Shown here one piece after another: positions 20,093 to 29,101 of a stretch of 64,000 bases of DNA. A model generated the notes under the pieces. The model was not told the DNA's origin, searched no databases, and saw only the letters and a program-made list of their open reading frames with translations. Made by a program: the position numbers and the translations under genes. Every line of letters starts with the position of its first letter. Position 1 is the first letter of the stretch. The stretch covers positions 119,185-183,184 of IMG/VR virus record IMGVR_UViG_3300007539_000009; one strand, written 5' to 3'. The DNA comes from a virus.

Positions 20093-20371
20093 TCAGTCGC
20101 AATCCTCGTCGTCGTCCTTCTTGCCCTTCATGCGAGCAAGCATGGCCGGGGGCATCTTCTTGTGCTTCTTGTCCTTCTTGCCCGACTTCATGTCGTAGCC
20201 CTTCTCTTCCATATCCATGGCGAGCTTGGCCAGAAGATCGCCGAAGGTCTCAGGCTCTTCCTCGTACTGCCCAGAGGCAGCAGCGAGTTTGGCCATTGCG
20301 GGCGAGGGGGCAGAGGTCGCGGCTTCGATGCCTTCGACCAGACCGGTGTGTAGTGCTTCGCTTACGTTCAT
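20093..20371 (-). CDS. Small charged protein, 92 aa
   Basis: ORF with KLA motifs and a K/D-rich tail, followed by a GC hairpin at about 20070-20096. Confidence 0.6.
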   Translation of the reverse strand: MNVSEALHTGLVEGIEAATSAPSPAMAKLAAASGQYEEEPETFGDLLAKLAMDMEEKGYDMKSGKKDKKHKKMPPAMLARMKGKKDDDEDCD

Positions 20372-20439
20372 GGGTCCTGAATCAGGGGTTGGAGGGGCTA
20401 CAAGACGAGCCCCAGAGCTCTTCCCTAGTCTAGCGAGCG

Positions 20440-21084
20440 TCAGTCAATGACGCGGACCTTGTTGTGCTTGGCCAGGCAGCCCTGGTGGTGCTGGATTGTG
20501 CTGAACGAGTCCTCGCACTCGATGGGCCAAGGGTAGTACTCCTGGAGCTCCGGAAGGCGGCGACGGTTGATGTAGAGGTCTGCTGGCTCGGCGTTATGCA
20601 CATCAGCCAGCAACGCCTCAGCACCTGCCGGAGTGACGTAGTATCCGTGCGCACCACCCAGGTAGCCGCCGGGCTTTGACCGGAACGCGCCGAGCCCCGC
20701 CGCAGGGATATCGAAGTAGCCGAAGCTAGGCCGAGCCAGGTTGCAGACGTGAGTGACTTGGTCCAGCTCAGCAGGCAGCGGAGCCTTGAATACTGCGTCG
20801 TGCTCTAGCACCAGAACAGGGTATCCCTCCCTGGCAGCCTCGAGCCAAGCAAGGCGGTGCGACAAGAAGGTCGCCATGCACGGCACAGGCCGAGAATAGT
20901 TGTTGTACAAGAACGGACGCTTGTTGAGCTTTAGCAGGTCGAACTGAGTTTCTGGATTGTCCTCAGCAGTCACTGCCGGAAGCCGTGTCACGTCTACTCC
21001 ATGCTCTTCACCGCTCCTGATGCAGCGATCTGCGACTTCACACGACTTCGCGTGCTCCATCATCGTGATGACGTACGTCTTCAT
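20440..21084 (-). CDS. Glycosyltransferase family 25-like
   Basis: MKTYVITM, ATFLSHRLAW, VLVLEHDAVF, LGGAHGYYVTPAGAEALL, ADLYI. Confidence 0.85.
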   Translation of the reverse strand: MKTYVITMMEHAKSCEVADRCIRSGEEHGVDVTRLPAVTAEDNPETQFDLLKLNKRPFLYNNYSRPVPCMATFLSHRLAWLEAAREGYPVLVLEHDAVFKAPLPAELDQVTHVCNLARPSFGYFDIPAAGLGAFRSKPGGYLGGAHGYYVTPAGAEALLADVHNAEPADLYINRRRLPELQEYYPWPIECEDSFSTIQHHQGCLAKHNKVRVID

Positions 21085-21779
21085 GCGAGTGTGCTGGGGG
21101 TGTGCTGAACGGTTGTGTAGTAAGTGGTGCTTACGCCGATGTCAGGGAACAGTTGTCGGCACATGAGCGCATCATTCGGCCAGCAGCCAAGCTCTTTGGC
21201 TTTGTCGATGAGCTGCTGCGATAGCTTCGGGGAGACCATGTAGGCGCTATGACCGGCCAGCCCTTGCGGCACATGCGGCTCATCAACTTCAGGCACCGGG
21301 ATGGCGAGCTCTCCGGCCTCGGCTGCCTTGGTCACCAGAGCGTGGAATACGTTAGAGCGTCGTGTAGCGCCACGAGGGTCGTTGATTCCTACAGCGGACA
21401 GGCCGCAATAGGTCAGAGGCTCAGGATCCAGATGCTTGACGAAGCGAGCATCATCCTCCAGCACGATGATCCACTCACCTGACTCCGCACTATGCTGCCA
21501 CAGTCGGTAGTGCGACATGAAGCAAGCCATGCGCGCGTCTCGGTTGCGCGTAGCGTAGGGGTGTAGCCGCAGACCTTCGGGACCATCCTCCTCTGCGTCC
21601 CACGGGTAAGTCCAACGCAGACCCTCGGCCTCCATCTGATCACGTACGTTGAGCGGTGTGGTAGCCTCGAACTGCGCAACAGGGAACTGGTTCCTGTGGT
21701 CTTTGTGAGACTTGCACAACACTTCGTAGCTGGCGCAGCTGGTCCGCTGATCCAACAACGTGATTACGTAAGCGTTCAT
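21081..21779 (-). CDS. Glycosyltransferase family 25-like
   Basis: MNAYVITL, ACFMSHYRLW, IIVLEDDARF, GHSAYMVSP, PNDALM; start placed at the ATGA overlap. Confidence 0.85.
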   Translation of the reverse strand: MNAYVITLLDQRTSCASYEVLCKSHKDHRNQFPVAQFEATTPLNVRDQMEAEGLRWTYPWDAEEDGPEGLRLHPYATRNRDARMACFMSHYRLWQHSAESGEWIIVLEDDARFVKHLDPEPLTYCGLSAVGINDPRGATRRSNVFHALVTKAAEAGELAIPVPEVDEPHVPQGLAGHSAYMVSPKLSQQLIDKAKELGCWPNDALMCRQLFPDIGVSTTYYTTVQHTPSTLA

Positions 21780-22369
21780 GCCTCTTTCGAAATCGCAGTG
21801 AAACCCACGTTGTCCGTGCAGTGGACAGAGACCGACCACCCATTAGACCTCCCCCAGGTAGTCAGCGCCCGATACAGCTGGTCGTTCTTGCGGCCGTTGA
21901 CGATGCTGGTATCGTGAGCGACGATGTGCTTAGTTGCGTGAACTCCGTGAGCAGCCAGCTCAGCGAGCATATGACTCGCTGTGTGCATGGAGTCGATGAC
22001 AAGCATGTCGCACGTGTCGTCTGCAGGCGCTGGCAGGGCTGAGTTCACCTCACGCACATCTAGGTCAATCCCCAGACGTAAGCAGTGCTCCTCTGCTAGC
22101 GGCGCCAAGAACTTGCGGTACTTGGCGAGATCGATGTCAATTAGGGTGATCCGCTTAGGCTGCGGCTGCAGCAGTAGTGCGTTAGATGCAGAACCACCTT
22201 GGTGTACCCCAAGTTCTTTGTAGGTGCGGCAGTCGCTACCGGACCACAAAGCTCGGATAGCTGCGTGCATAGCGCAGTACTGCTCGCCATGCGCAGCTTC
22301 CTGCTGCTTCACGATCGAATCGTGAAACTCGGCAACGGATGTCACCCCTGCTAGATCTGCGTTGATCAT
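21776..22369 (-). CDS. Class I SAM-dependent methyltransferase-like
   Basis: YKELGVHQGGS (motif I), LIDID, DMLVIDSMHT, HIVAHDT. Confidence 0.75.
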   Translation of the reverse strand: MINADLAGVTSVAEFHDSIVKQQEAAHGEQYCAMHAAIRALWSGSDCRTYKELGVHQGGSASNALLLQPQPKRITLIDIDLAKYRKFLAPLAEEHCLRLGIDLDVREVNSALPAPADDTCDMLVIDSMHTASHMLAELAAHGVHATKHIVAHDTSIVNGRKNDQLYRALTTWGRSNGWSVSVHCTDNVGFTAISKEA

Positions 22370-23055
22370 CTCGAGTCCTCGGCATACACGCCGGATGTGG
22401 AAGTAGGAACGTAGTCTAGGTGGGTCTTGAGCGCGCCTCGATGAGTATCCCACTGAGTCTCATCACGCGCGTTACCTACAACGACCGCAGTTTTTGCAGA
22501 GTAGGGCGTAACCTTCAGCTCGCCCTGACTGTTGATGTACCGGTTCATGTTGTCATGGCCGGCGAACCCAAGGGTCTCGTAGATGTCGTTGTACCTGGCT
22601 GCAGCGTCCGGTCCGACGACGTAGCCGTGAGTGGCCTGCTCACGCCCGCACAAGTTGACTACACGGTTGCTGTACGGTTGGTTTGCGTCTAGCTGGCGAC
22701 GAACAATCGCGTCATGCTCCAGTACTATGGCCGGAGAAGAGTTGGCAATGATCGACTTACGTACCTGGTAGTGCGACATAGTCATGCACTGCTGAATCAC
22801 GATCATACGGTTCTCGATCTCCGGCGTAGGCTCCTTACCTGCTTTGCGTCGGTAGTTGTTCAGTAGCCGCTCACGATAGTCAGCTCGAACTGGCCAACCC
22901 GGGTAGAACTGCTCGAGCGTGGCCGGGACCACCGCGTCAAACAACGCAGGAGTGATGCCGTGCGCCAGACATGAATCAACGCAGCGTTGCGTCAGCGCCT
23001 GGACTTTAGGACTGTCGAAGGCATTGACGGTGGTGATGATGTAGGCGTTGAACAT
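22366..23055 (-). CDS. Glycosyltransferase family 25-like
   Basis: MFNAYIIT, CMTMSHYQVRK, AIVLEHDAIV, ATHGYVVGPDAA. Confidence 0.8.
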   Translation of the reverse strand: MFNAYIITTVNAFDSPKVQALTQRCVDSCLAHGITPALFDAVVPATLEQFYPGWPVRADYRERLLNNYRRKAGKEPTPEIENRMIVIQQCMTMSHYQVRKSIIANSSPAIVLEHDAIVRRQLDANQPYSNRVVNLCGREQATHGYVVGPDAAARYNDIYETLGFAGHDNMNRYINSQGELKVTPYSAKTAVVVGNARDETQWDTHRGALKTHLDYVPTSTSGVYAEDSR

Positions 23056-23858
23056 CAGGGCAACGCCCACTCAGAGACAGGTTGGTTGACGACCGTGCGG
23101 TGCCAGGCAGCGTCGTGGTCATCAGCACCTCGCAACTGCACGTGCACAAACTTGGTGTCGGATGTGCGCGTATCGATTACTGCTCTGGGTGAGGTCTTGG
23201 ACTCACCGTCGTAGTGGACATAGCTGTTCCACCCACTAGGTAGCAGTGTGTAGGGCATCTTCGATACAGCAACCGCCGCGTGCATGTACGGCTGATCGAG
23301 CGAATAGAACTTGGGAAGGCCGGATTTCCGCATCACGTCGATGTAGCGCTGAAAGGCAGGCCAATGCTGTCGAGCAAACTCGCGGCCCTCCTTGGTGTAC
23401 ACCACCACACCACTGTTGAAGACATGCGGGTTACCTGCCGCATTTCTATGCACGTCTACGCCGTAGTGCGCTTTGACGGCAGAAGCATGGCGCTCGTCTG
23501 CTTTAGTGTTGATGGCACTAGAGGCCGTCAGATGCGACAGCTCCTTGTGAGGCTCGCTGCAGAACCCTATGTGCGAGATGTCTACGTCAAAGATGCTGTC
23601 TTCTAGCCCGTCGACTGCGAACACGTCCGTGTCAACGAACATGATCTTGTCGTACTCGCCAAAGTCATCGTCGTTGTATACCGGCTCAAACGCGTTGTAG
23701 TACTCAGGTGCGGAGCACAGCGTAGATGCCCAGGTAGGGTTGGTTGCGAACCGGTACTCCGCGCCTACACGGTCGGCGTAGGATCGCATGTTCTCCCGCC
23801 CCGCACTGACCCCGATGCCTGGAGAACCTAGCCAGTATTGGTAGATCAGGTTAGTCAC
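23055..23858 (-). CDS. GT-A fold glycosyltransferase (GT8/GT34-like)
   Basis: IMFVDTDVF (DxD), FNSGVVVY, DQPYMH, WNSY, FVHV. Confidence 0.8.
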   Translation of the reverse strand: MTNLIYQYWLGSPGIGVSAGRENMRSYADRVGAEYRFATNPTWASTLCSAPEYYNAFEPVYNDDDFGEYDKIMFVDTDVFAVDGLEDSIFDVDISHIGFCSEPHKELSHLTASSAINTKADERHASAVKAHYGVDVHRNAAGNPHVFNSGVVVYTKEGREFARQHWPAFQRYIDVMRKSGLPKFYSLDQPYMHAAVAVSKMPYTLLPSGWNSYVHYDGESKTSPRAVIDTRTSDTKFVHVQLRGADDHDAAWHRTVVNQPVSEWALP

Positions 23859-24472
23859 AGCTGAACACGCAGAGTGGGTCGTCCGTACGTGTATTTACCT
23901 GCACGGCCTCGGTGGTCCGTGAACCGAGGACTGAGCCACTCGTCCGTGACGCGCCACCCAAGCTCCTCGATTAACGCAAGCACGTCTTCTCGGTGGTATG
24001 ACAGCGGGTCCATGGGCGTCGGCTTCCACCCAGGACCTGCCGGGTGCATCTCAAAGATCAAGCTACCGCCGTCGGATACCTGCCCCAACCAGACCTCGAG
24101 CGTCTCTTTCGGGCAGATGCTGTGGTCAAACGAGTTGGAGTAGACAATGTCAAACGCCTTCTTCCACTCGTCCTTCGGCTTAGAAAAGTCCCACTGCACG
24201 GTGTCCGGGAAGCTGGTAGCTGTGGAGCTAATCTCTGTTCCTAGCACCTTGGCGTCGGGATACGCCTTCTTGAAGTACTGCTGCTCGTAGCCAGCGCGTG
24301 TACCGTGGCACAAAACACTGGCAGCTTCGGGGATGCGGTCTTTGATGGCCTGCATCACCTCCATGCCAACACCCGAATGACTACGGAGCTTCTTGCGATT
24401 GCCGTGCTCCTGCGCCTTGACGTATTCGTCGTACGATCCGTACTTGTAGAGTTCCATGGTGCTGCGCGTCAC
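23855..24472 (-). CDS. SAM-dependent methyltransferase-like
   Basis: VLCHGTRAGYE, VLGTEIS, FDIVYSNSFDH, GGSLIFE. Confidence 0.7.
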   Translation of the reverse strand: MTRSTMELYKYGSYDEYVKAQEHGNRKKLRSHSGVGMEVMQAIKDRIPEAASVLCHGTRAGYEQQYFKKAYPDAKVLGTEISSTATSFPDTVQWDFSKPKDEWKKAFDIVYSNSFDHSICPKETLEVWLGQVSDGGSLIFEMHPAGPGWKPTPMDPLSYHREDVLALIEELGWRVTDEWLSPRFTDHRGRAGKYTYGRPTLRVQL

Positions 24473-25227
24473 ACGCGCGGTCGGCCTTTGATGGTGAGAA
24501 GCTCCTCAGGATCCTGGCTGCGCAGGTGGTCCTTGAGGAAGAAGTGAACGAAGTGAGCCTTGTCGATAGCTCCGTCCTCGAGAGCTCCATACAGCGCGTT
24601 CCAGTGCCAGTTCATCTCGAACACGTTAGCTCCGCAGCTACGGATCCAGGTATTCAGCAGTGTCTGATCGGTGCTCCACTTGTACGCGCCACGTCCGTCT
24701 ACGAACTTCTGGAACTCCGGACGCGCTAGGAACTCTGCTGGTGACTCGGGGCAGTACTGTCTGAGACTAGCGTTCATCACCATCAGTCCCATGTTCATGA
24801 ACGGGAACTGCGGATCGCCGTACTGAGCTTGCGAGTACCCGTCGAGCTTCCTGGCGTACTGGCGAGTGATGGGCAGGTGCCGCTCGACTACACCGCCGAA
24901 ATCCGCGTCGATAGGAAGATGCTCAAACACGTTGGGCGCGTTGTCGCGGATCCAGATATCGGAATCCACGATAGCCACCTGGTCGTACTCTTCGCCAAGC
25001 AGTGCTAGCGCGTTCTCCTTCTCGAAGATAGGGAGGTACCCTAGGCGTTCGACTGCGTTGCGGCTACGCCCGTTGGTCTCGGGGTTGGGCCTGATGCGCA
25101 GGATGGGCTCACGCTGAACTTTGTAGTCAATGCTGTGGCGCCGGCAATACTCAGCCACAGTAGCGGTGCACTTGTCGTAGAGCGGAACCTCTTTACCGAC
25201 ATACACCTGGTAGATGAGTCGCTTCAT
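24469..25227 (-). CDS. GT-A fold glycosyltransferase (GT8-like)
   Basis: AIVDSDIWI (DxD), FMNMGLMV, TDQTLLN, WNAL, FVHFF. Confidence 0.8.
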   Translation of the reverse strand: MKRLIYQVYVGKEVPLYDKCTATVAEYCRRHSIDYKVQREPILRIRPNPETNGRSRNAVERLGYLPIFEKENALALLGEEYDQVAIVDSDIWIRDNAPNVFEHLPIDADFGGVVERHLPITRQYARKLDGYSQAQYGDPQFPFMNMGLMVMNASLRQYCPESPAEFLARPEFQKFVDGRGAYKWSTDQTLLNTWIRSCGANVFEMNWHWNALYGALEDGAIDKAHFVHFFLKDHLRSQDPEELLTIKGRPRV

Positions 25228-25829
25228 TTGATGGTGTTACGCAGACGACGGCTGGCCTGGTAGTGCTCGATCACCGCAGGCCCAGCGTTCCTCATGATGT
25301 CAAAGATCTTGGTGTAAGTAGCTGGCAGCTCTCTGACGCGAAGACCAGGCACGCCCTCGTCGATGACATGCTGCAGAGTGCGCTGATCCATCTCACCCGG
25401 CTTCTCCTTGTTCAGCGTCACCCACTTGTGCAGCAGGACCCGAGTAGCCTGTGTTGGGGTGAGGAACATGGTGCCGGACAGCAGCTCTCTGTTCTTGTTG
25501 AAACGCTTGTCTGGTCGGTAGTGAGCCGCAAAGTCACAGTTGTGTTCGCCTAGCGTGGCGAACAGCGAAGGCCGCGCTTTGATCCGCGCATCTGTGTCTA
25601 CATACACGATCGGCTCTTTATGCCTCCAGATCTGCTCCTGCAGGAACTCGGCCTTGAGCTGGGTGTTGGAGAACCAGTTTCCGGTGCACGGTAACTCGCA
25701 GATTCGATAGTTGAGATCGAACTGCTTAAGCGTCTCCTCTAAGCCTGCAGCCTCGTCCTTGTACGCAGAGCCTGCTGTGTAGAACGCAACGAACGTAGGT
25801 AACGGCCTATCGCCAACGCGCTCAATCAT
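25224..25829 (-). CDS. Nucleotide-diphospho-sugar transferase-like
   Basis: KAEFL, IVYVDTDARI, LLSGTMF, DQRTLQ, VIEHYQASR. Confidence 0.75.
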   Translation of the reverse strand: MIERVGDRPLPTFVAFYTAGSAYKDEAAGLEETLKQFDLNYRICELPCTGNWFSNTQLKAEFLQEQIWRHKEPIVYVDTDARIKARPSLFATLGEHNCDFAAHYRPDKRFNKNRELLSGTMFLTPTQATRVLLHKWVTLNKEKPGEMDQRTLQHVIDEGVPGLRVRELPATYTKIFDIMRNAGPAVIEHYQASRRLRNTIK

Positions 25830-26314
25830 TGGTCATTGGCCATGAGGGTCAGCTGATCGACTACACCAGCCAGCGACACGTCCTTGGCCATCGCACACCG
25901 ACGCAGGACCTCGTACACCTGCTCGGCGGTCAGCGTGAAGTAGGTGCGCTCCTTGTCGATCACAGCAAGGATGTCCATGTCGAAGATCAGCGACAGGCCC
26001 TTGGCGTACTTCTCCTCGAGCGGACCCTCGAAGTGATAGCCGAGCGCGCGGCTCACCAGCACGGTATCCCCGACCGCTACTGTCAACGGGTGCAGCGTGC
26101 CGTCTTCCTGCTTGATGACCTTCTGGCCGTCTTCTGTCTGCTGGACGAGCTCACCAAAGCCGAGAACCTCAGCCATGTACGCGCCGTCCTTCTCACGGTC
26201 AGCCGGCAGGAACAGCCCGGCCTCGGTGGTTACTTCTTCCGGCAGCCGGCGAACGAGGATGCGGCGACCAGCGGGGCGTACTTGGTGAATAGTGGGAAGT
26301 GATGAAGTAGGCAT
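25826..26314 (-). CDS. groES: Co-chaperonin GroES (Cpn10) with C-terminal extension
   Basis: RPAGRRILVRR..EEVTTEAGLFLP, AEVLGFG, PLTVAVGDTVL, LIFDMDILAVI. Confidence 0.85.
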   Translation of the reverse strand: MPTSSLPTIHQVRPAGRRILVRRLPEEVTTEAGLFLPADREKDGAYMAEVLGFGELVQQTEDGQKVIKQEDGTLHPLTVAVGDTVLVSRALGYHFEGPLEEKYAKGLSLIFDMDILAVIDKERTYFTLTAEQVYEVLRRCAMAKDVSLAGVVDQLTLMANDQ

Positions 26315-26414
26315 GTCAGGAAAGTGTGCGCGGACGTTTCGTATCTATCAACGAAAAACGGCTCTGCCCCTGGTGAGAGAGACAGAGCCGTCGAGAGATG
26401 GAGAAGAGGCTACC

Positions 26415-26747
26415 TCAGGCTCGGCGGCGCGAGGCGCGCGCTTTGGTGCGCTTCGGAGCCTTGGCCCCGGTGACTGTGATCTTGGCCTTCTCGAGCGTGT
26501 CGCGGATCGATCCGACGAGCTCGGGGTGGACAGCCACAGACTTGAGGCCGAAGCCGGGCCAGCGGTGGCGAAGAGCCGGGTGGTTCGGCGGCGTGGAGTT
26601 CGCTCGGAACTCCATAGCCACGTAATCACGCCTCAGGTTCTCATCCAGCGCGATGCGTACCTTGTTGAACCCAAGCTCGCCCGCCTTACGGGCGTCGTTG
26701 AGGTCAGTGGTGAATCGAGACGCAGTGCGCTTCATTGTTGTAGTCAT
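26415..26747 (-). CDS. Basic hypothetical protein, about 110 aa
   Basis: ORF in the operon with coding-like codon use. Confidence 0.6.
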   Translation of the reverse strand: MTTTMKRTASRFTTDLNDARKAGELGFNKVRIALDENLRRDYVAMEFRANSTPPNHPALRHRWPGFGLKSVAVHPELVGSIRDTLEKAKITVTGAKAPKRTKARASRRRA

Positions 26748-26760
26748 CTAGTTGTGTGTA

Positions 26761-29091
26761 TCAAGCGGTTGTCTGTCGGAGCTGCAGCTCAGCGAGTAAC
26801 GGAGCGATGTTCTCGATGTTGGAGAGCTGCATCCCTTCCAGGGTTTCCATCGGGTCCTGACCCCAGCAGTACTGCGACACCATGTCACTTGCCGGATCTT
26901 CGATACCGAGCTGACGCCCGGCGAAAAGAGCTGTAGCGATCGAGATGGGGTACTGGAACGTACTCACCCCGGTCTTCGGTGCAGCCTGCACCTGCTCTTG
27001 TGTAGTGAAATACTCCTCGGGAGAGGTGGCGTCAAGAGGTCCAACCGCAAACTTGTAGTACGGACCATTTGCGCCAGGAACTCGGCCCAGATCATACAGT
27101 GCACGAGCGCTATCGTACGCAACGCGGAGATACGTTTCGTACTCAGACGACCCCTCTCCGTACACGGCGCGGGCTGCGGTCAGGATGCCCCACTCCAAGA
27201 TCGCCTCCTGATACGAGAGGCACGGAGCGTAGTCGTTGTTGAAGCCGTTGGTGGACAGCTCCTTGCTGTACTTGAAGACGCACAGGATTCCGCTGCGCAC
27301 CTGGCCGTTCTTACAGGTTTCGAGGTACGAAGTCAGCCAGTTGCGGAACGAATCCCGGACCTTCGCTGTACCAGAGGCGTAAGCCACACCAATGCACTCA
27401 GCGCCCCATCCATGCTCACGACCCATGTACGTACCCATCTCAGGGTTGTCTTGGCTATTCTTGAGAAGGTGACCCAGGGCGGCTGTATACGTCCCGGTTC
27501 CTACGTCGAAGATGTCTGCACGCACCTGAGTGGCCAAGTCCTGCAGCAGACGCTTGGCCATCGGGTCGTTCCAGAACTGAGTCAGAGCCTTGGCTTCTTG
27601 CTTGATGCGCGCCCAGTGCTGGATGTCGATAGCGCCGTACGCCTTGATGATGTGCGCGTACGGGCAGGTCTTGTCAGGGTTGACGTGCTGGAACTCAGCA
27701 CGCATACCAAACGGGTCTTGTGAGTAGCTGACCCAGTGGCGATACATGATCCCGTCGTACACCGGAGACGGGGTTACCGCAAAGTTGAACAGCCGGCCGT
27801 CAGTCTCCATGTAAGCATTGATGTCCCACGGCTTACCGGTCTCCCCAATGAGGAAGCCGGCGTGGCGGTCCATGATGCACTCCATGCGAGACCGGATGTA
27901 CTCGCCAGCGCCGGGTACCGCCGCAATCAGCTCAGCCGGGAACTCCTGGTGATCGATGTCCGTGCCGCCGGTGGCGCCGCCGTACCCTGCACCTTTCGGG
28001 TGCAAGTAGCCGAAAGCCCCGATGGATTGGCCGTTTATGCCCAAATGCCAATCCCAGGGCTGCCCGGTGACGCGCCGCTGGTTGTGATCGACTACGCGCT
28101 CAGCAACCTGGCTAGCCAGTGTCGGTACGTGATCCAGGGTCGGGAGCGCAAAGCCCTCGGTCGTGATGGGGGTCTCAGGGTTGTGAGCACTCCAGAAGCG
28201 GTCACCACCCTCGTTGGTGCCGTCAACGAAGACACCCTCTCCGTTCAGCACTGACAGCGCAGCTGCGAAAGACTCGAAGCCTTCCGGCACGATCACGAAC
28301 CGGAAGAGCTTGAGCTTGCTGTTGTAGATCCGGTGCACCTCATTCGGGCCCTGCAGCGCACGAATCAGGTTGAAGTACCGGTTGCCGTACTCGTCGGTCT
28401 CGATACCCCCTGCGTGGTGGGTCGGGCGCGTAGTGGCGGCACCAACTCCAATCGGCAGGTAGAGGCGGAGATCCTCGAAGTCGAGCGGGCTCGGGCACTT
28501 GGTGCTCTCCGGACCGAAGCCGGTGTGCCAGTACATGTCAACGACAATGCCCGGCTGGTTCGGCCAGGCGTGCACCATCGCAACGAATCCTCCAGCGTTT
28601 TCGAGCGACCGGCTAGGCTCCGGCTGATCAGGAGCCGGAACCAGCGTCCCGCTGGTCTCGAGAACGACCTCGGCACACCCCAGCTTCTCGAACTGGTTCT
28701 CCTCGCCGGTGTCGGCAAGGTCCATCATCAGGTCTGAGCGGTATCGATTACCGAAGGCATCAGTGAGCTGGACCCAAAAGTCCTGTTGGAGCATCCAGTT
28801 GATCGCAGGGTGCAGCGGCAAGACCGGGGCAACCCGCGGCGCGTCGGCTACAACAACATCGAGCTCAGCGGGCAGCCCTTTGCCGAAGGTGATGAGCTCA
28901 ACTGACTGCGGAGTCTCGTCCGCACGACGCAGCGTCACCTCTCGCTGCGTAGGAAGGAGGGTGCCGTCAGGACGCCGGAACGCGAGCCGGTCTACGTCCG
29001 TGAAGTCTTTGGGCAGCGGCAGCACGCCGCGAGCTATCTGACCGAAAGGTCCGGGGGCGGGCGAGAATGAGAACTTTGCTACATGTGACAT
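26761..29091 (-). CDS. PcRGLX/YetA-like protein (RIFT-barrel N-terminus + alpha/alpha toroid), possible polysaccharide lyase, 776 aa
   Basis: N-terminus GVLPLPKD..LAFRRPDGTLLPTQREV.LRR.D matches the PcRGLX/YetA N-terminal pattern; aromatic-rich helical C-terminus. Confidence 0.55.
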   Translation of the reverse strand: MSHVAKFSFSPAPGPFGQIARGVLPLPKDFTDVDRLAFRRPDGTLLPTQREVTLRRADETPQSVELITFGKGLPAELDVVVADAPRVAPVLPLHPAINWMLQQDFWVQLTDAFGNRYRSDLMMDLADTGEENQFEKLGCAEVVLETSGTLVPAPDQPEPSRSLENAGGFVAMVHAWPNQPGIVVDMYWHTGFGPESTKCPSPLDFEDLRLYLPIGVGAATTRPTHHAGGIETDEYGNRYFNLIRALQGPNEVHRIYNSKLKLFRFVIVPEGFESFAAALSVLNGEGVFVDGTNEGGDRFWSAHNPETPITTEGFALPTLDHVPTLASQVAERVVDHNQRRVTGQPWDWHLGINGQSIGAFGYLHPKGAGYGGATGGTDIDHQEFPAELIAAVPGAGEYIRSRMECIMDRHAGFLIGETGKPWDINAYMETDGRLFNFAVTPSPVYDGIMYRHWVSYSQDPFGMRAEFQHVNPDKTCPYAHIIKAYGAIDIQHWARIKQEAKALTQFWNDPMAKRLLQDLATQVRADIFDVGTGTYTAALGHLLKNSQDNPEMGTYMGREHGWGAECIGVAYASGTAKVRDSFRNWLTSYLETCKNGQVRSGILCVFKYSKELSTNGFNNDYAPCLSYQEAILEWGILTAARAVYGEGSSEYETYLRVAYDSARALYDLGRVPGANGPYYKFAVGPLDATSPEEYFTTQEQVQAAPKTGVSTFQYPISIATALFAGRQLGIEDPASDMVSQYCWGQDPMETLEGMQLSNIENIAPLLAELQLRQTTA

Positions 29092-29101
29092 GTGCGCTTG
29101 A

